DNA of 64,000 nt, from sequence record OP079919.1; one strand, given 5' to 3'. The position numbers and the translations under genes were made by a program. The notes beneath the pieces are model-generated. The model saw only the letters and a list, made by a program, of their open reading frames with translations, had not been told where the DNA came from and searched no databases. Below, piece after piece: positions 1 to 9,265 of the stretch; within the stretch, counting starts at the first letter, position 1, and the number at the start of each line of letters is the position of its first letter.

Positions 1-3
1 GTT

Positions 4-276
4 ATGCCTAAAAGTGTGGCTTTAGCCGAACTGGATCCTCCTGTTTTTAGCACCAACGAATATACGTTCCTGGAAGTAGAGGAACGCGTTTATCAGCTCA
101 TAGCGATGCAAATAGGTATAACGCTCACTACCGAAATGGGTGTCATTCCTGGCTCGGTTGAACTGATTGATGTGGATGACTCTCGTCCACATCCCGACAA
201 TGTCGTAGGTTACTGCCTGACATTAGAAAATCCACCGCGGTATTTCTTGAAAGTTAAGAATAAAGGAGTTCGGTAA
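4..276 (+). CDS. hypothetical protein (90 aa)
   Basis: ORF whose TAA overlaps the next ATG (TAATG); no recognisable motif. Confidence 0.55.
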   Translation: MPKSVALAELDPPVFSTNEYTFLEVEERVYQLIAMQIGITLTTEMGVIPGSVELIDVDDSRPHPDNVVGYCLTLENPPRYFLKVKNKGVR

Positions 277-1061
277 TGTTAGAGACCCAGCTTAAAGATC
301 GCCTGACCATCCTGAATACTTTCGAATGGTTTACCTACTTCTGGAATAAATTCGAGGAAGGCATGTATGATGTAAGGCGAACCATGCATAGCGCGTCGGT
401 TGCGATTAATAACGGCGATTGTGCGGTAGCCGCCTTGGCAGTAGGTTCTGTTTTGAATCGTCGACTGGATGTTAACGTTGGAATGGCTCGCAACACTCTT
501 CACGCCTGGGTCACTATCGGTAGCGATATCTTCGATACCGAATACCCCACAGGACACGATATATCAAGTTTTAAATCTAAATGGGGCGATCGTATCAGTG
601 AGGTGGTTTTAACACCTGAGACCCTCGTAGAAGAGTTTATGCCGTGCGATCTGGTAGGCGCTTATCTCGTAAAAGAATTCTGCGGGATAATGTGTGAACC
701 GCATCCTAAAGAAATCGATTTTCTCCTGAATAATCCTACCGAATACGAATCACGGGAGGGTGTTCACAAAATCGAAAAGGCTATTGCGTTCGCAGTAGAG
801 GAAACTCTGAAAGCTCGCCGGGTAGTAACCACCATCAAACACGAGTCTTACTTCACTGCTAAAGAAGCCACGATGGATCATGAACTCAAAGATCACGTCA
901 GGGATATCTATTCCGGTATTCTGATCTGCGTACTGGTGGATAAGAACGATTACAAAGTGATCGGAGAGTCTTATCGCAAAGGACCAGAAACAGAACGCAC
1001 ACTCCTGGCGAGATCAAGAGCCAAGTTTATCGCTCTGGATAAACTTAAAGACGTAGCGTGA
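276..1061 (+). CDS. transglutaminase/papain-like Cys-His-Asp domain fused to Phage Gp49_66-like domain
   Basis: NNGDC49..LH76AW..IFD87 triad spacing; C-terminal IKHESYFTA..ICVLVDKNDYKVIGES resembles Gp49_66 (EHYFTA..FCVLVLRNGFTVTGES). Confidence 0.55.
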   Translation: MLETQLKDRLTILNTFEWFTYFWNKFEEGMYDVRRTMHSASVAINNGDCAVAALAVGSVLNRRLDVNVGMARNTLHAWVTIGSDIFDTEYPTGHDISSFKSKWGDRISEVVLTPETLVEEFMPCDLVGAYLVKEFCGIMCEPHPKEIDFLLNNPTEYESREGVHKIEKAIAFAVEETLKARRVVTTIKHESYFTAKEATMDHELKDHVRDIYSGILICVLVDKNDYKVIGESYRKGPETERTLLARSRAKFIALDKLKDVA

Positions 1062-1086
1062 TCATTCAATTTTAGGAAATAAAATC

Positions 1087-2799
1087 ATGAACGAAGAAAA
1101 TAAAATCGCGATCGTTTCTCATGGGGAGGTTGTTGAGTTTGATCCTAACAACGCTGAGCATCGAAAGATTCTTGAGTCGGCAAATAGGAAACTTATAACG
1201 AACGAACTCTACCAGCGGGATTTAAAACGCTTTAAAGATCTGGTTTTGTTTTATCAAAGTGCGGTTAGCAAAGAAACCATCGATGATAAAATTGAGGAGT
1301 TCTTAAGGGCTACCGGGATAAGGTTGGACTATTCCGATCTGGCCATTTTTAACTACGGGTACCCGGACATAGATGGATACTTCGGTACTCTCTATAACCG
1401 CGCAATGGGGATTGAACCTCCTTCTGTGTCAGCTGATGAAAATCCGATTGTTGGACTGAAGGAGAAGAGCTTGGACCCTCAACATTCATCAACCAACACT
1501 GGCGGTGGGTTATTATACGGCATTCTGCTCCGTAAATTTAACCGTTTTATGCAGAACGTAACAGCCGACCTTTTATTATTAGTGGACGTAAAATCGTTAA
1601 CGGCACAATGCCGGATTGAGACAAACATCCTCAGAAAAATAGAGGGGTTTAATAAAGAAACAAATCTGGAACTGGATCGCGTCGGTATAGGTCGGTCAAT
1701 CGATGAAAATACGCAACCCGAGTATTTTAATGTTCTTTTCGCAGACCTAATTAAACGATCAGAAGAATTCAGAATACAGACGATCCCTCTTTCTGAGAAA
1801 ATTCGGTTTTATCAATCAGACTGTGGTGAAATCAGGATTGGCGGAATTGACAAATCTTCAGCGGATATACCGCTGGTGCTGGTTACCGATAAAGAAGGAC
1901 GGGTTCGTTGCCGTCAGGTCGGGGAACTATTGCGTGGCGACAAACCATTCCCATGTTTTATCTGTAACGGCTCGCCGGATAAAAAGGAATCAAGAAATGA
2001 ACAACCTACTGGAAGATTAAGGACAGCCTCGCGTTATTGGTACGATCGTTTCGGTCACCCTCATCTTTTAGAGTCTGGCGGGCCAATGCACGTAAACTCT
2101 ATTAAATGCGAACCGGCGCGTGGTAAAATTTTGGAGGTATCGGTCAACAAGGACCCGATTCCTTCTCCTGATCCCCGCGATGAAAGTGTAAGGAGTAAAG
2201 ATACCGTTATTCAAAACAGTATTTCGATTACCACCGGGAAAGTTAACATGCATGCGCTTGAGGCGGCATGTCGGACAATGGCCGAAAGTATGAAAGTCAT
2301 GCACCGCAAGCCCGTCTCTGATGAATTTCGCAATAAACTTTACGAGGCGCTGGCCGCCTTTTATCATCGACATCACTCTCTAGGAAATGTTTCAAGAGAG
2401 TTCCTATACGGGGATGTTATTTGCATCGAACGGTTTAAGCGGGAGTTTGGAATTGTTTTCTCCGCTAGGGACGTGGACGCTTTTCTTAATGGAGTTATGA
2501 CTATCCCTGTGTTACTCGGCAAATACGTTAGAGAACGCCATCCCGGTGAAAAGAAAATCACAACTTACTCACAATACGCTTTAGCTCTAAACACATTAAC
2601 CTCGTTATTGTGTTTGTTTCCCTCAAACGTAAGGACGAGAGAAGATATTGAACGTGCTAAAGCATTACACGTTCAATTCAATATTCGTTTTGACATTGAT
2701 ATGTCCGAAGAGGATTTCTTAGCGATTATCTATCGTCATGGCACCCCCCGCCATTTTCTCAAAAAACACGCTACCACTGAAGCCACTAAAGGTGAATAA
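1087..2799 (+). CDS. hypothetical protein (570 aa)
   Basis: long ORF with TTTAGGA RBS; no family recognised. Confidence 0.8.
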   Translation: MNEENKIAIVSHGEVVEFDPNNAEHRKILESANRKLITNELYQRDLKRFKDLVLFYQSAVSKETIDDKIEEFLRATGIRLDYSDLAIFNYGYPDIDGYFGTLYNRAMGIEPPSVSADENPIVGLKEKSLDPQHSSTNTGGGLLYGILLRKFNRFMQNVTADLLLLVDVKSLTAQCRIETNILRKIEGFNKETNLELDRVGIGRSIDENTQPEYFNVLFADLIKRSEEFRIQTIPLSEKIRFYQSDCGEIRIGGIDKSSADIPLVLVTDKEGRVRCRQVGELLRGDKPFPCFICNGSPDKKESRNEQPTGRLRTASRYWYDRFGHPHLLESGGPMHVNSIKCEPARGKILEVSVNKDPIPSPDPRDESVRSKDTVIQNSISITTGKVNMHALEAACRTMAESMKVMHRKPVSDEFRNKLYEALAAFYHRHHSLGNVSREFLYGDVICIERFKREFGIVFSARDVDAFLNGVMTIPVLLGKYVRERHPGEKKITTYSQYALALNTLTSLLCLFPSNVRTREDIERAKALHVQFNIRFDIDMSEEDFLAIIYRHGTPRHFLKKHATTEATKGE

Positions 2800-2976
2800 A
2801 TGCAACCACTGATCAGTCTTAAAGAGTTAGCCAAACTTCTGGGTATTTCCGTTAAAACCCTGAAAATTCGTATTAGCAAAGGTACTGTTCCCCAGCCTTT
2901 CGTTAGCGAGGGGAAAAATATGCGTTGGATGCGTTCTGACGTTGAGCATCTCTTCTCTAAAGAAGAAGTCGTTTAA
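2800..2976 (+). CDS. AlpA/excisionase-like small HTH DNA-binding protein (58 aa, not in ORF track)
   Basis: hand translation MQPLISLKELAKLLGISVKTLKIRISKGTVPQPFVSEGKNMRWMRSDVEHLFSKEEVV; AlpA-type pattern; abuts previous stop. Confidence 0.7.
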   Translation: MQPLISLKELAKLLGISVKTLKIRISKGTVPQPFVSEGKNMRWMRSDVEHLFSKEEVV

Positions 2977-2978
2977 GT

Positions 2979-2992
2979 TGTAAATATTTACA
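2979..2992. promoter_or_regulatory. perfect 14-bp palindrome TGTAAATATTTACA, candidate operator
   Basis: self-reverse-complementary; lies between the AlpA-like gene and the 3051 gene. Confidence 0.35.
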
Positions 2993-3050
2993 GCCCTGTA
3001 CTATTGTAATGGTTAACCGACCGTAAACTTTAATTAAAGGAAAAGAAGTT

Positions 3051-3332
3051 ATGTCTAAAATCAAACTGACCGAAGAACAACTCGCCGCCCTGAATGGTTC
3101 GGAATCCTTCGTCGTCTCCGGCCTGGCTGCCGGCAAAGTCTCCCTGGCAACCGACGTGTCGGTCATCACCCTCGATCTCGATCCGGGTCAGCTGACCATC
3201 GGCCAAACCCTGAAGATTAAAGACGGCGTCCTCGTCACGGACAAAGCCCAAGAACAAAAGGCCGAAAAAGCCAAAGGTAAAAACAACCCGTCTCCGGAAA
3301 TGGCGGCCAAACTTGCCGGCAGCGCCTGCTAA
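3051..3332 (+). CDS. small hypothetical protein, likely highly expressed (93 aa)
   Basis: AAAGGA RBS, about 56% GC by hand count with C-ending codons, own downstream hairpin. Confidence 0.8.
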   Translation: MSKIKLTEEQLAALNGSESFVVSGLAAGKVSLATDVSVITLDLDPGQLTIGQTLKIKDGVLVTDKAQEQKAEKAKGKNNPSPEMAAKLAGSAC

Positions 3333-3342
3333 GTTAAGGTAA

Positions 3343-3370
3343 AGTAGGAGGGGGGTTTCCTCCTCCTACT
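3343..3370 (+). terminator. intrinsic terminator-like hairpin
   Basis: AGTAGGAGG..CCTCCTACT stem followed by T-rich tract. Confidence 0.7.
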
Positions 3371-3401
3371 CCCTCGTGTTTATTTTTTGGGAATTTCGTT
3401 A

Positions 3402-3965
3402 ATGACCATAAAGACTCTTTCCGGGAGATTATTTCTTAACCGAGATAAATCTAATCTCAACAGCGTAAGTTGGTCGGCTAAAGTCACCATTGTCGATTAT
3501 GAAACGAAAAAGAAAGAAAAAATCCATAACGAGATTTTTGACGCTAATCTTACCATTCGTAAAGGGAATTCAAGCATAGTCCTCCATACCAATAATGACG
3601 GGGTAGACAAAAATTTTGAATCTTTTTTGTCTAAGCTTCGGCTCATCAGCACTCACGTTCGTGATTTCGTTGAGCAATGCGAGATTAAGCGCAGTAAACC
3701 AACCCAGGTTAAAACCGAGCGCTACTGGTTAAATGACCCTGAAGGAATCGATAAATCATTTACTGGGTCACTGGTAAAGATATACGATACTTATAGCGAC
3801 ACCATAGAAATAAGTTCCTGTGAGCGATCAGCGCGTTGGTATATCAATAGTTACCTTAATCGAGGGAAGTCCGAGATTGGCGAACTTATTGTTTTACAGC
3901 GCGCCATAGATCGGCTCATTAGAGATATTGGTATTGTTTTAAAAGAGGTTAAAAATGGGGCGTAA
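3402..3965 (+). CDS. hypothetical protein
   Basis: ORF; ATG 3402 preferred over the track's TTG 3387. Confidence 0.7.
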   Translation: MTIKTLSGRLFLNRDKSNLNSVSWSAKVTIVDYETKKKEKIHNEIFDANLTIRKGNSSIVLHTNNDGVDKNFESFLSKLRLISTHVRDFVEQCEIKRSKPTQVKTERYWLNDPEGIDKSFTGSLVKIYDTYSDTIEISSCERSARWYINSYLNRGKSEIGELIVLQRAIDRLIRDIGIVLKEVKNGA

Positions 3966-4374
3966 GAGTCACGGGGAAGATTATTCCGACGCAGAGCTTG
4001 ATTTTATCGCAAGCGTGGCGCACAGCGTGCAGTGTGGGATAGACTATGCCTTTGGTCTGCCGGAATTGCATCAATGGGGGTTAATGGGTGACGGGTATAA
4101 AGCCCAAATGAAAGCATCCGTCAGAGCCGTTCTGGTTCATGACAAATCACCAAAATCTCTCCATGGCAGTTGGCTTAGTCGACTAACCCAAGAAGGTTGG
4201 GTTCATGGAGAAGTAAAGGATGCGGAAAAGAAAACTCATCCGTTATTAGTTCCATTCGACGAACTTCCTATCGAATGGAAACTTCGTCTTCGTCAATTCA
4301 GAGCAGCGGTCATTCCTTTTAGAAAAACCAAAAATACAGTGAGATCTAATCTCATTACCTTTTCAACAAAATAA
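3955..4374 (+). CDS. RyR (ryanodine receptor repeat) domain protein
   Basis: LHGSWLSRLTQEGWVHGEVKDAEKKTHPLLVPFDELP is the typical RyR motif. Confidence 0.85.
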   Translation: MGRKSHGEDYSDAELDFIASVAHSVQCGIDYAFGLPELHQWGLMGDGYKAQMKASVRAVLVHDKSPKSLHGSWLSRLTQEGWVHGEVKDAEKKTHPLLVPFDELPIEWKLRLRQFRAAVIPFRKTKNTVRSNLITFSTK

Positions 4375-4398
4375 CCTCACTAATTTAGGGCTACGATT

Positions 4399-5142
4399 AT
4401 GAGCGAAAACATTCCTTACGTTTACCTTCCTTCCGACATTAAAAATGATCCGGGTGTTGTTTTGAATCGCACTAAGATCAATCGTTCGAAAACCATCATT
4501 AAAATGTTGGGGGTCAAAATAAAAGACCATAACAACACCGTAAAGATGTTTGATAAAGCGATGTCCGGCGAGATTTATCAAACCAAGGAGGGGAGAAAAT
4601 ATCGTTCGGTAACTTTCAAGTTACACGCCAAGCGAAAGAAGGAACTTTTGGAAGCGCTTAAAGCGGAAGAGAAAGTATTACAAGCAATGAAAGAATTTGG
4701 TGTAATTCTTCAACAGAACATCTACGACGCTCAGTCGATGAGTTTCTCTCCTTTCTCTTTAAAAGGTTTTCTCGACTCTAAAGCACTCGGGAGCATTCCG
4801 GGTAAATCCGAATTACGGGATCTTCGTCAGTCACTGGGTGCATTAATTGAAGCGGATCCTAATGCCGTTATCTGGATTGCAAAAAGAAATCTGGACGGGG
4901 TTCCGGTTGCTTTTATCGCCGGGCGAGACAAAGGCGATGACGCCTTCGACATGTCTATTTTCTATTCACACACTGAGGATGCAGAACGGCATAATGAGGT
5001 AATGAAATATCTCATTAAGCGTCTAAAATCGATAGGGGTGACCCCTATCAGTCTGATCTCGATTTCTCCTGATTTTAGTGCAGCGGGTCACGCAATGGAG
5101 AAAATGGGCGGGCGCATGACTTCAGCACAGTTTGACTTTTAA
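4399..5142 (+). CDS. hypothetical protein with possible degenerate GNAT fold at C-terminus
   Basis: VIWIA..PVAFIAG..AAGHAMEKMGG pattern; no acetyl-CoA GxG loop visible. Confidence 0.4.
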   Translation: MSENIPYVYLPSDIKNDPGVVLNRTKINRSKTIIKMLGVKIKDHNNTVKMFDKAMSGEIYQTKEGRKYRSVTFKLHAKRKKELLEALKAEEKVLQAMKEFGVILQQNIYDAQSMSFSPFSLKGFLDSKALGSIPGKSELRDLRQSLGALIEADPNAVIWIAKRNLDGVPVAFIAGRDKGDDAFDMSIFYSHTEDAERHNEVMKYLIKRLKSIGVTPISLISISPDFSAAGHAMEKMGGRMTSAQFDF

Positions 5143-5154
5143 GGGTGATTAAAC

Positions 5155-5829
5155 ATGGGTGTAAATTCTAGAACGATCCCGCTTTCTTACTACAAGACAA
5201 AAACGACAGATGAAAAAGACGAGTTTCCTATTGACTCCGATATCAATACTGTCATCTTTGATTTCGAAACCGCTTCGCTTGGCATTAATCCAGCGATCCT
5301 CAGTATGGGTGCGTTTGCATTCAACCGGTTTAGTTTAGAGACCACACAACGTCGAATGAAGAATCCTCAGGATAAGGATACGTTTTATCGTAATCTTAAT
5401 CTAAAGGAATCGTTCTTCTTGGGTTTCGACATCGCCAAAGAAACCGGGGAATGGCATTACAAAAAGAACGGAACGAACCTCGGCAAGATGTTAGAGAACG
5501 AGGTTTCTCCATACGCGGCCTTACGGGAATTCAAACGCTTCATCATGTCTTATCGTCGTAAGACCGAGGACATGGTTATTCTGATTCGTCGCACTCACGC
5601 AGATTACATTTGGTTAGAGAATCTGTGTAAGCGATTGGATACAGAGATGTTCCTCAGACACAACGACGTGATTGACATCCCAAGCATCGTGTTTGCTAAA
5701 ACAGGCGACGTTAAAGGGCATTACACCCTGGAAGAAAGTTTGTTTGAAGGTCTTGTAAGTCATCATGCGCTGACCGATTGTTATTTAGACGCGCTTCGCA
5801 TTTGTTCGCTGTACCAAGAAACGAAGTAA
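5155..5829 (+). CDS. DEDDh 3'-5' exonuclease (Rv2179c-like)
   Basis: IFDFET motif I, ILSMGA, HHALTDC motif III. Confidence 0.85.
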   Translation: MGVNSRTIPLSYYKTKTTDEKDEFPIDSDINTVIFDFETASLGINPAILSMGAFAFNRFSLETTQRRMKNPQDKDTFYRNLNLKESFFLGFDIAKETGEWHYKKNGTNLGKMLENEVSPYAALREFKRFIMSYRRKTEDMVILIRRTHADYIWLENLCKRLDTEMFLRHNDVIDIPSIVFAKTGDVKGHYTLEESLFEGLVSHHALTDCYLDALRICSLYQETK

Positions 5830-5835
5830 AAACGT

Positions 5836-5855
5836 AGAGGGGTTAACGCCCCTCT
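5836..5855 (+). terminator. intrinsic terminator
   Basis: AGAGGGG-TTAACG-CCCCTCT then T-rich tract. Confidence 0.75.
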
Positions 5856-5885
5856 CTTATTTTGTCTTTTTTAGGAATTAACATC

Positions 5886-6182
5886 ATGAGCTTAGAATCT
5901 TTCTTTCGTCAATTACTAGATTGGCCGGAATACGAAACACCATCGTACTTTATTAAAAACGGGGTATGCACGATTATAGACGGCGAAGACCAAATCAGTT
6001 TTCGCATAAGAGATATCGCCCGAATACGTTTGGTTAACCGTACTGTTAACCTCTACAGCCGCACGGGAATAGAGATCGCGTTCTACGGAAAGAAACCTCG
6101 CATCCACGTAGAGAGCTCTTCTGACTTTAAAGAATATTTCGTTAAAATGATGTCCGATATCTTCGCTGGAAGGGAATGCTGA
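5886..6182 (+). CDS. hypothetical protein
   Basis: start moved to ATG 5886 by TTTAGGA-ATT-AACATC RBS. Confidence 0.7.
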   Translation: MSLESFFRQLLDWPEYETPSYFIKNGVCTIIDGEDQISFRIRDIARIRLVNRTVNLYSRTGIEIAFYGKKPRIHVESSSDFKEYFVKMMSDIFAGREC

Positions 6183-6745
6183 TGAAAAGTATCAAACGTA
6201 AGTACGTAACAGCTAACGAACTTAAGAATAGTAAGTTCATTATCTTCGGGGAAATGCATACATCAGAAGATCGCGATGAAGTCGAATTTTTGATTCGACG
6301 GGCTCACACGCTAAAGCCGTTTAAAGTCCTCTTTAGTGAGGAATGCGGAAGTGAAGTGTTCCTCACACCTAATGCCATTAAACGAGGACTGGAATTAGAG
6401 AAATGGTCAATTAGCGATCGTTCCTTTAAATTAGCGTTAGAGCTCGGGTTACAAGTCGTAGGGTGCGATCTTTGGGATAAATCCGTTTACGCCTGGGATA
6501 AGAAAGACGAGAACGGAATCTACACAGATTGTCGACGTAGCTTCGCATTAAGAGAGCAGTTTATGATCGATCAGATCATGGGGCTGTGCAACCCTAACAA
6601 TCCACATGTGCGTGGCTGTATGATCGTAGGAGACAGTCACCTAAGGATGACAAAAAATCCCGTTATGGGAGATGCTAGTGCGCTCGGTAAGCTTGTTTAT
6701 AATCGGGGTTTAATTCTTCGCAGTGACATTGGGGAAGTGACATGA
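6176..6745 (+). CDS. TraB/ChaN/EreA-fold putative metallohydrolase
   Basis: FGEMH, FSEE, LREQFM, VGDSH motifs in family order. Confidence 0.55.
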   Translation: MLMKSIKRKYVTANELKNSKFIIFGEMHTSEDRDEVEFLIRRAHTLKPFKVLFSEECGSEVFLTPNAIKRGLELEKWSISDRSFKLALELGLQVVGCDLWDKSVYAWDKKDENGIYTDCRRSFALREQFMIDQIMGLCNPNNPHVRGCMIVGDSHLRMTKNPVMGDASALGKLVYNRGLILRSDIGEVT

Positions 6746-7170
6746 GAATATTCTTAATTCAGGAAAATTTTTGTAGTCGTGAGTTCTTTTCTCTTTTAAA
6801 GGATTACGGAGTTCCTAAGGGGAATCTGGATACGAATAAGGATGGATATATCTACGTTCGTACCGGGATAGAACCAAAAGAAATTATCCGGCGTATTAAG
6901 CTGGCTGATAGTCGCAAAATGAAAGTCGTTTTCATTATTCCGCATTATCTCAACCAGAGTAAAGAGCTGTACGCAGCTCTCAAGGACGATGGTCACAATT
7001 GGGAGAATCACCTAAGCATAGTCGGAAATCATTTGGAAGAAGCCGATTATGTTGATTTTGTCAGAGACGACAACCTCACAGATATTGTAAAGATCATTCA
7101 GCGTGTTAAAACTGAGTGGGGTCGGGTCACCCATCCCGCTTATTCGTCTATTTTTGGTTCAGTTAACTGA
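6742..7170 (+). CDS. hypothetical protein
   Basis: ATGA overlap with upstream gene. Confidence 0.7.
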   Translation: MRIFLIQENFCSREFFSLLKDYGVPKGNLDTNKDGYIYVRTGIEPKEIIRRIKLADSRKMKVVFIIPHYLNQSKELYAALKDDGHNWENHLSIVGNHLEEADYVDFVRDDNLTDIVKIIQRVKTEWGRVTHPAYSSIFGSVN

Positions 7171-7178
7171 AAACCCAA

Positions 7179-7214
7179 TACTCGCCACCTTTATGTTTAA
7201 AGGTGGAGTGAGTA
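7179..7214 (+). terminator. hairpin with bulge; terminator or RNA stability element
   Basis: TACTC-GCCACCTTTA..TAAAGGTGG-AGT-GAGTA; weak T tract. Confidence 0.45.
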
Positions 7215-7230
7215 GAATAATTGGTCGGAG

Positions 7231-7659
7231 ATGATCATGAGACTATCCCAGTATAAAGATCTATTACAAAGTGTTTCGGCTGAGCCGATTCGGTTTAACT
7301 CTGAGTTCTACGAAAAAGTTATCCCTTTCCCTATTACAGGGAAAGACTCTACTAAGGCGCATTGGAGTTTGGTATTAAATCGCCCAGTTTCGGTAGAAGC
7401 GGCTTTCCTCAAATACGCGACTGGGGTCTTCGTTGATTTCGGGGAATACTTTACGATAAAGGAGCCGTTATCCTTAGCGGACTTCGTATTCCAATATAGC
7501 CGTAACGGCGGGTTTCAGTTAACGGAGTATTTCACTCACTTTATTCCCGCCCCCGATATCACCAGCCCATACGGCTGGGCTACGGTATCACGTAACCCCT
7601 TAAATATTAAAGCGCACTACGATCTGTTCGTGGGGAACCCCAAGTTCATTAAAAAATAA
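7231..7659 (+). CDS. hypothetical protein
   Basis: ORF with GGAG upstream. Confidence 0.7.
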   Translation: MIMRLSQYKDLLQSVSAEPIRFNSEFYEKVIPFPITGKDSTKAHWSLVLNRPVSVEAAFLKYATGVFVDFGEYFTIKEPLSLADFVFQYSRNGGFQLTEYFTHFIPAPDITSPYGWATVSRNPLNIKAHYDLFVGNPKFIKK

Positions 7660-7682
7660 TCACATATTTAATTGGAGGGATT

Positions 7683-8090
7683 ATGGCTAGATTTAAAAGA
7701 CGCGGCGGTTACCGTTCCGATCATGGGCCGGAAGCCGAGTCCCTGAAGATAGAATTAATTCTCAATACGGGGTTGATTAACGAGCTTACAGAAGCGATAA
7801 AAGAGAGAAAATATTCAAGATTGCAACTCCAAATAGCTTACCACAATTACCGTCGGAGTCATTTAAATAAAACACAGCCATTGACCGAATTGGAAAAGAA
7901 CGCCCACATCGCAAAAATAGATCGGGTGAACCGGATCCTCGCGGGGCTTTGCCTGCAGCATAAAGCCGCCGTCGCCAGACAAATCACACTCAAAAATAAA
8001 TACCGAGAGGCATACACTGAGTATTATCGGGCTAACGGAATCAACGCACATTTAATAATAGGGAGTTGGGGTTACATCCCGGCCTCCTAA
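7683..8090 (+). CDS. basic hypothetical protein
   Basis: GGAGG RBS; Arg/Lys-rich helical sequence. Confidence 0.7.
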   Translation: MARFKRRGGYRSDHGPEAESLKIELILNTGLINELTEAIKERKYSRLQLQIAYHNYRRSHLNKTQPLTELEKNAHIAKIDRVNRILAGLCLQHKAAVARQITLKNKYREAYTEYYRANGINAHLIIGSWGYIPAS

Positions 8091-8114
8091 GAAAACCTTT
8101 TAGGAACTAACATC

Positions 8115-8912
8115 ATGACAGACCAATGTGAGTGGAAAGACGTTTATGTGACTGGCTGCAATCATGTAAACGATAAGATCATGTTAAAATATCGCCCTCA
8201 GTTTCGTACGATGGAAGAACATGATAACGAAACCTGGGGCCTTCTCGACCAAGTGCCAGAAGATAAAATCGTTATCTTCTTAGGTGACAACTTCCTCAGT
8301 CCAGAAAGTCTAATAAGACTAAAACAGTATAAGTTTTACAAAGTCCACGTACTCGGTAACCACGATCTCCAAAACGGGGTGAATATAAAAATGATTACCG
8401 ACGTGATGGATGAAGTCCATGGTAGCATTAAAATGGACGGGATATGGTTCTCGCACATCCCGATGCATAAACACGCTTTAGGACATGGTTATATTAACAT
8501 CCACGCTCACATGCACACCGACACGTTATACGACGATCGTTACGTTAACGTAAGTATGGATGCGACCAATTATCGTTTAATCTCTGTCGATGAAATACTG
8601 AACGGCAAGTACGTTCCTTTTTCCTTCCTCCCTAAAGGAAAAACAGAATCCTTAGATTTAACTGTCCCGATAAACGTTACTCGGTTTATTCTCGACGAAG
8701 AGATCTTTGATCAGGAAGGTAACTTAGTCGCAGAAATTAAATCAGTTGACGCCAGCCGCCCAATGAAGATAGACGTGAATATAAAAATGTTGCTCAGTGA
8801 GTTTAAAGCACATTTTAAATCACCTACCCAGTTCAAATTCGTCGCAGGTAGGGGCCAGGTTCACTCTAAAATTGTTTTCAACAAAATATCAACTCAGGAG
8901 TTACCATCGTGA
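8115..8912 (+). CDS. calcineurin-like metallophosphoesterase
   Basis: LGDN, LGNHD, FSHIP, IHAHMH motifs. Confidence 0.85.
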   Translation: MTDQCEWKDVYVTGCNHVNDKIMLKYRPQFRTMEEHDNETWGLLDQVPEDKIVIFLGDNFLSPESLIRLKQYKFYKVHVLGNHDLQNGVNIKMITDVMDEVHGSIKMDGIWFSHIPMHKHALGHGYINIHAHMHTDTLYDDRYVNVSMDATNYRLISVDEILNGKYVPFSFLPKGKTESLDLTVPINVTRFILDEEIFDQEGNLVAEIKSVDASRPMKIDVNIKMLLSEFKAHFKSPTQFKFVAGRGQVHSKIVFNKISTQELPS

Positions 8913-9265
8913 AAGAGGAAAGATTACTGCAGCTCATCGCTTCTTCTAAAGTTCTTGAAGTCGTCACAATCACCCATAAAGAACTCCTGGAAATTGCAGA
9001 GTGTCGGATTCAGGTAAAAACCTTTTATCCCGACATTGTTGATCGTTACCTCGGTTACCTCAAAAACTCTCCTGAACTGGGTACGGGTAAAACAAAAACG
9101 TCGCATCTCATCTGGATGCTGGAGAGTATAAGGGATAATTCTGAAATGTCCCTTACCAAGAAACATCGCTGGTTGGGGTATATTCAGGGCATCATGGTCA
9201 CTCACGGCATTCTTGATGTAGATGAGGAACGTGATAATACTAGAGAAATTTTCAGGGGATTATGA
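8909..9265 (+). CDS. hypothetical phage protein
   Basis: GTG start with CAGGAG RBS; KKHRWLGYIQG motif. Confidence 0.7.
   Translation: MKEERLLQLIASSKVLEVVTITHKELLEIAECRIQVKTFYPDIVDRYLGYLKNSPELGTGKTKTSHLIWMLESIRDNSEMSLTKKHRWLGYIQGIMVTHGILDVDEERDNTREIFRGL

Noticed and set aside
6742-7170. P-loop kinase call
   Set aside because: Beta-alpha pattern is suggestive but there is no GxxxxGK motif
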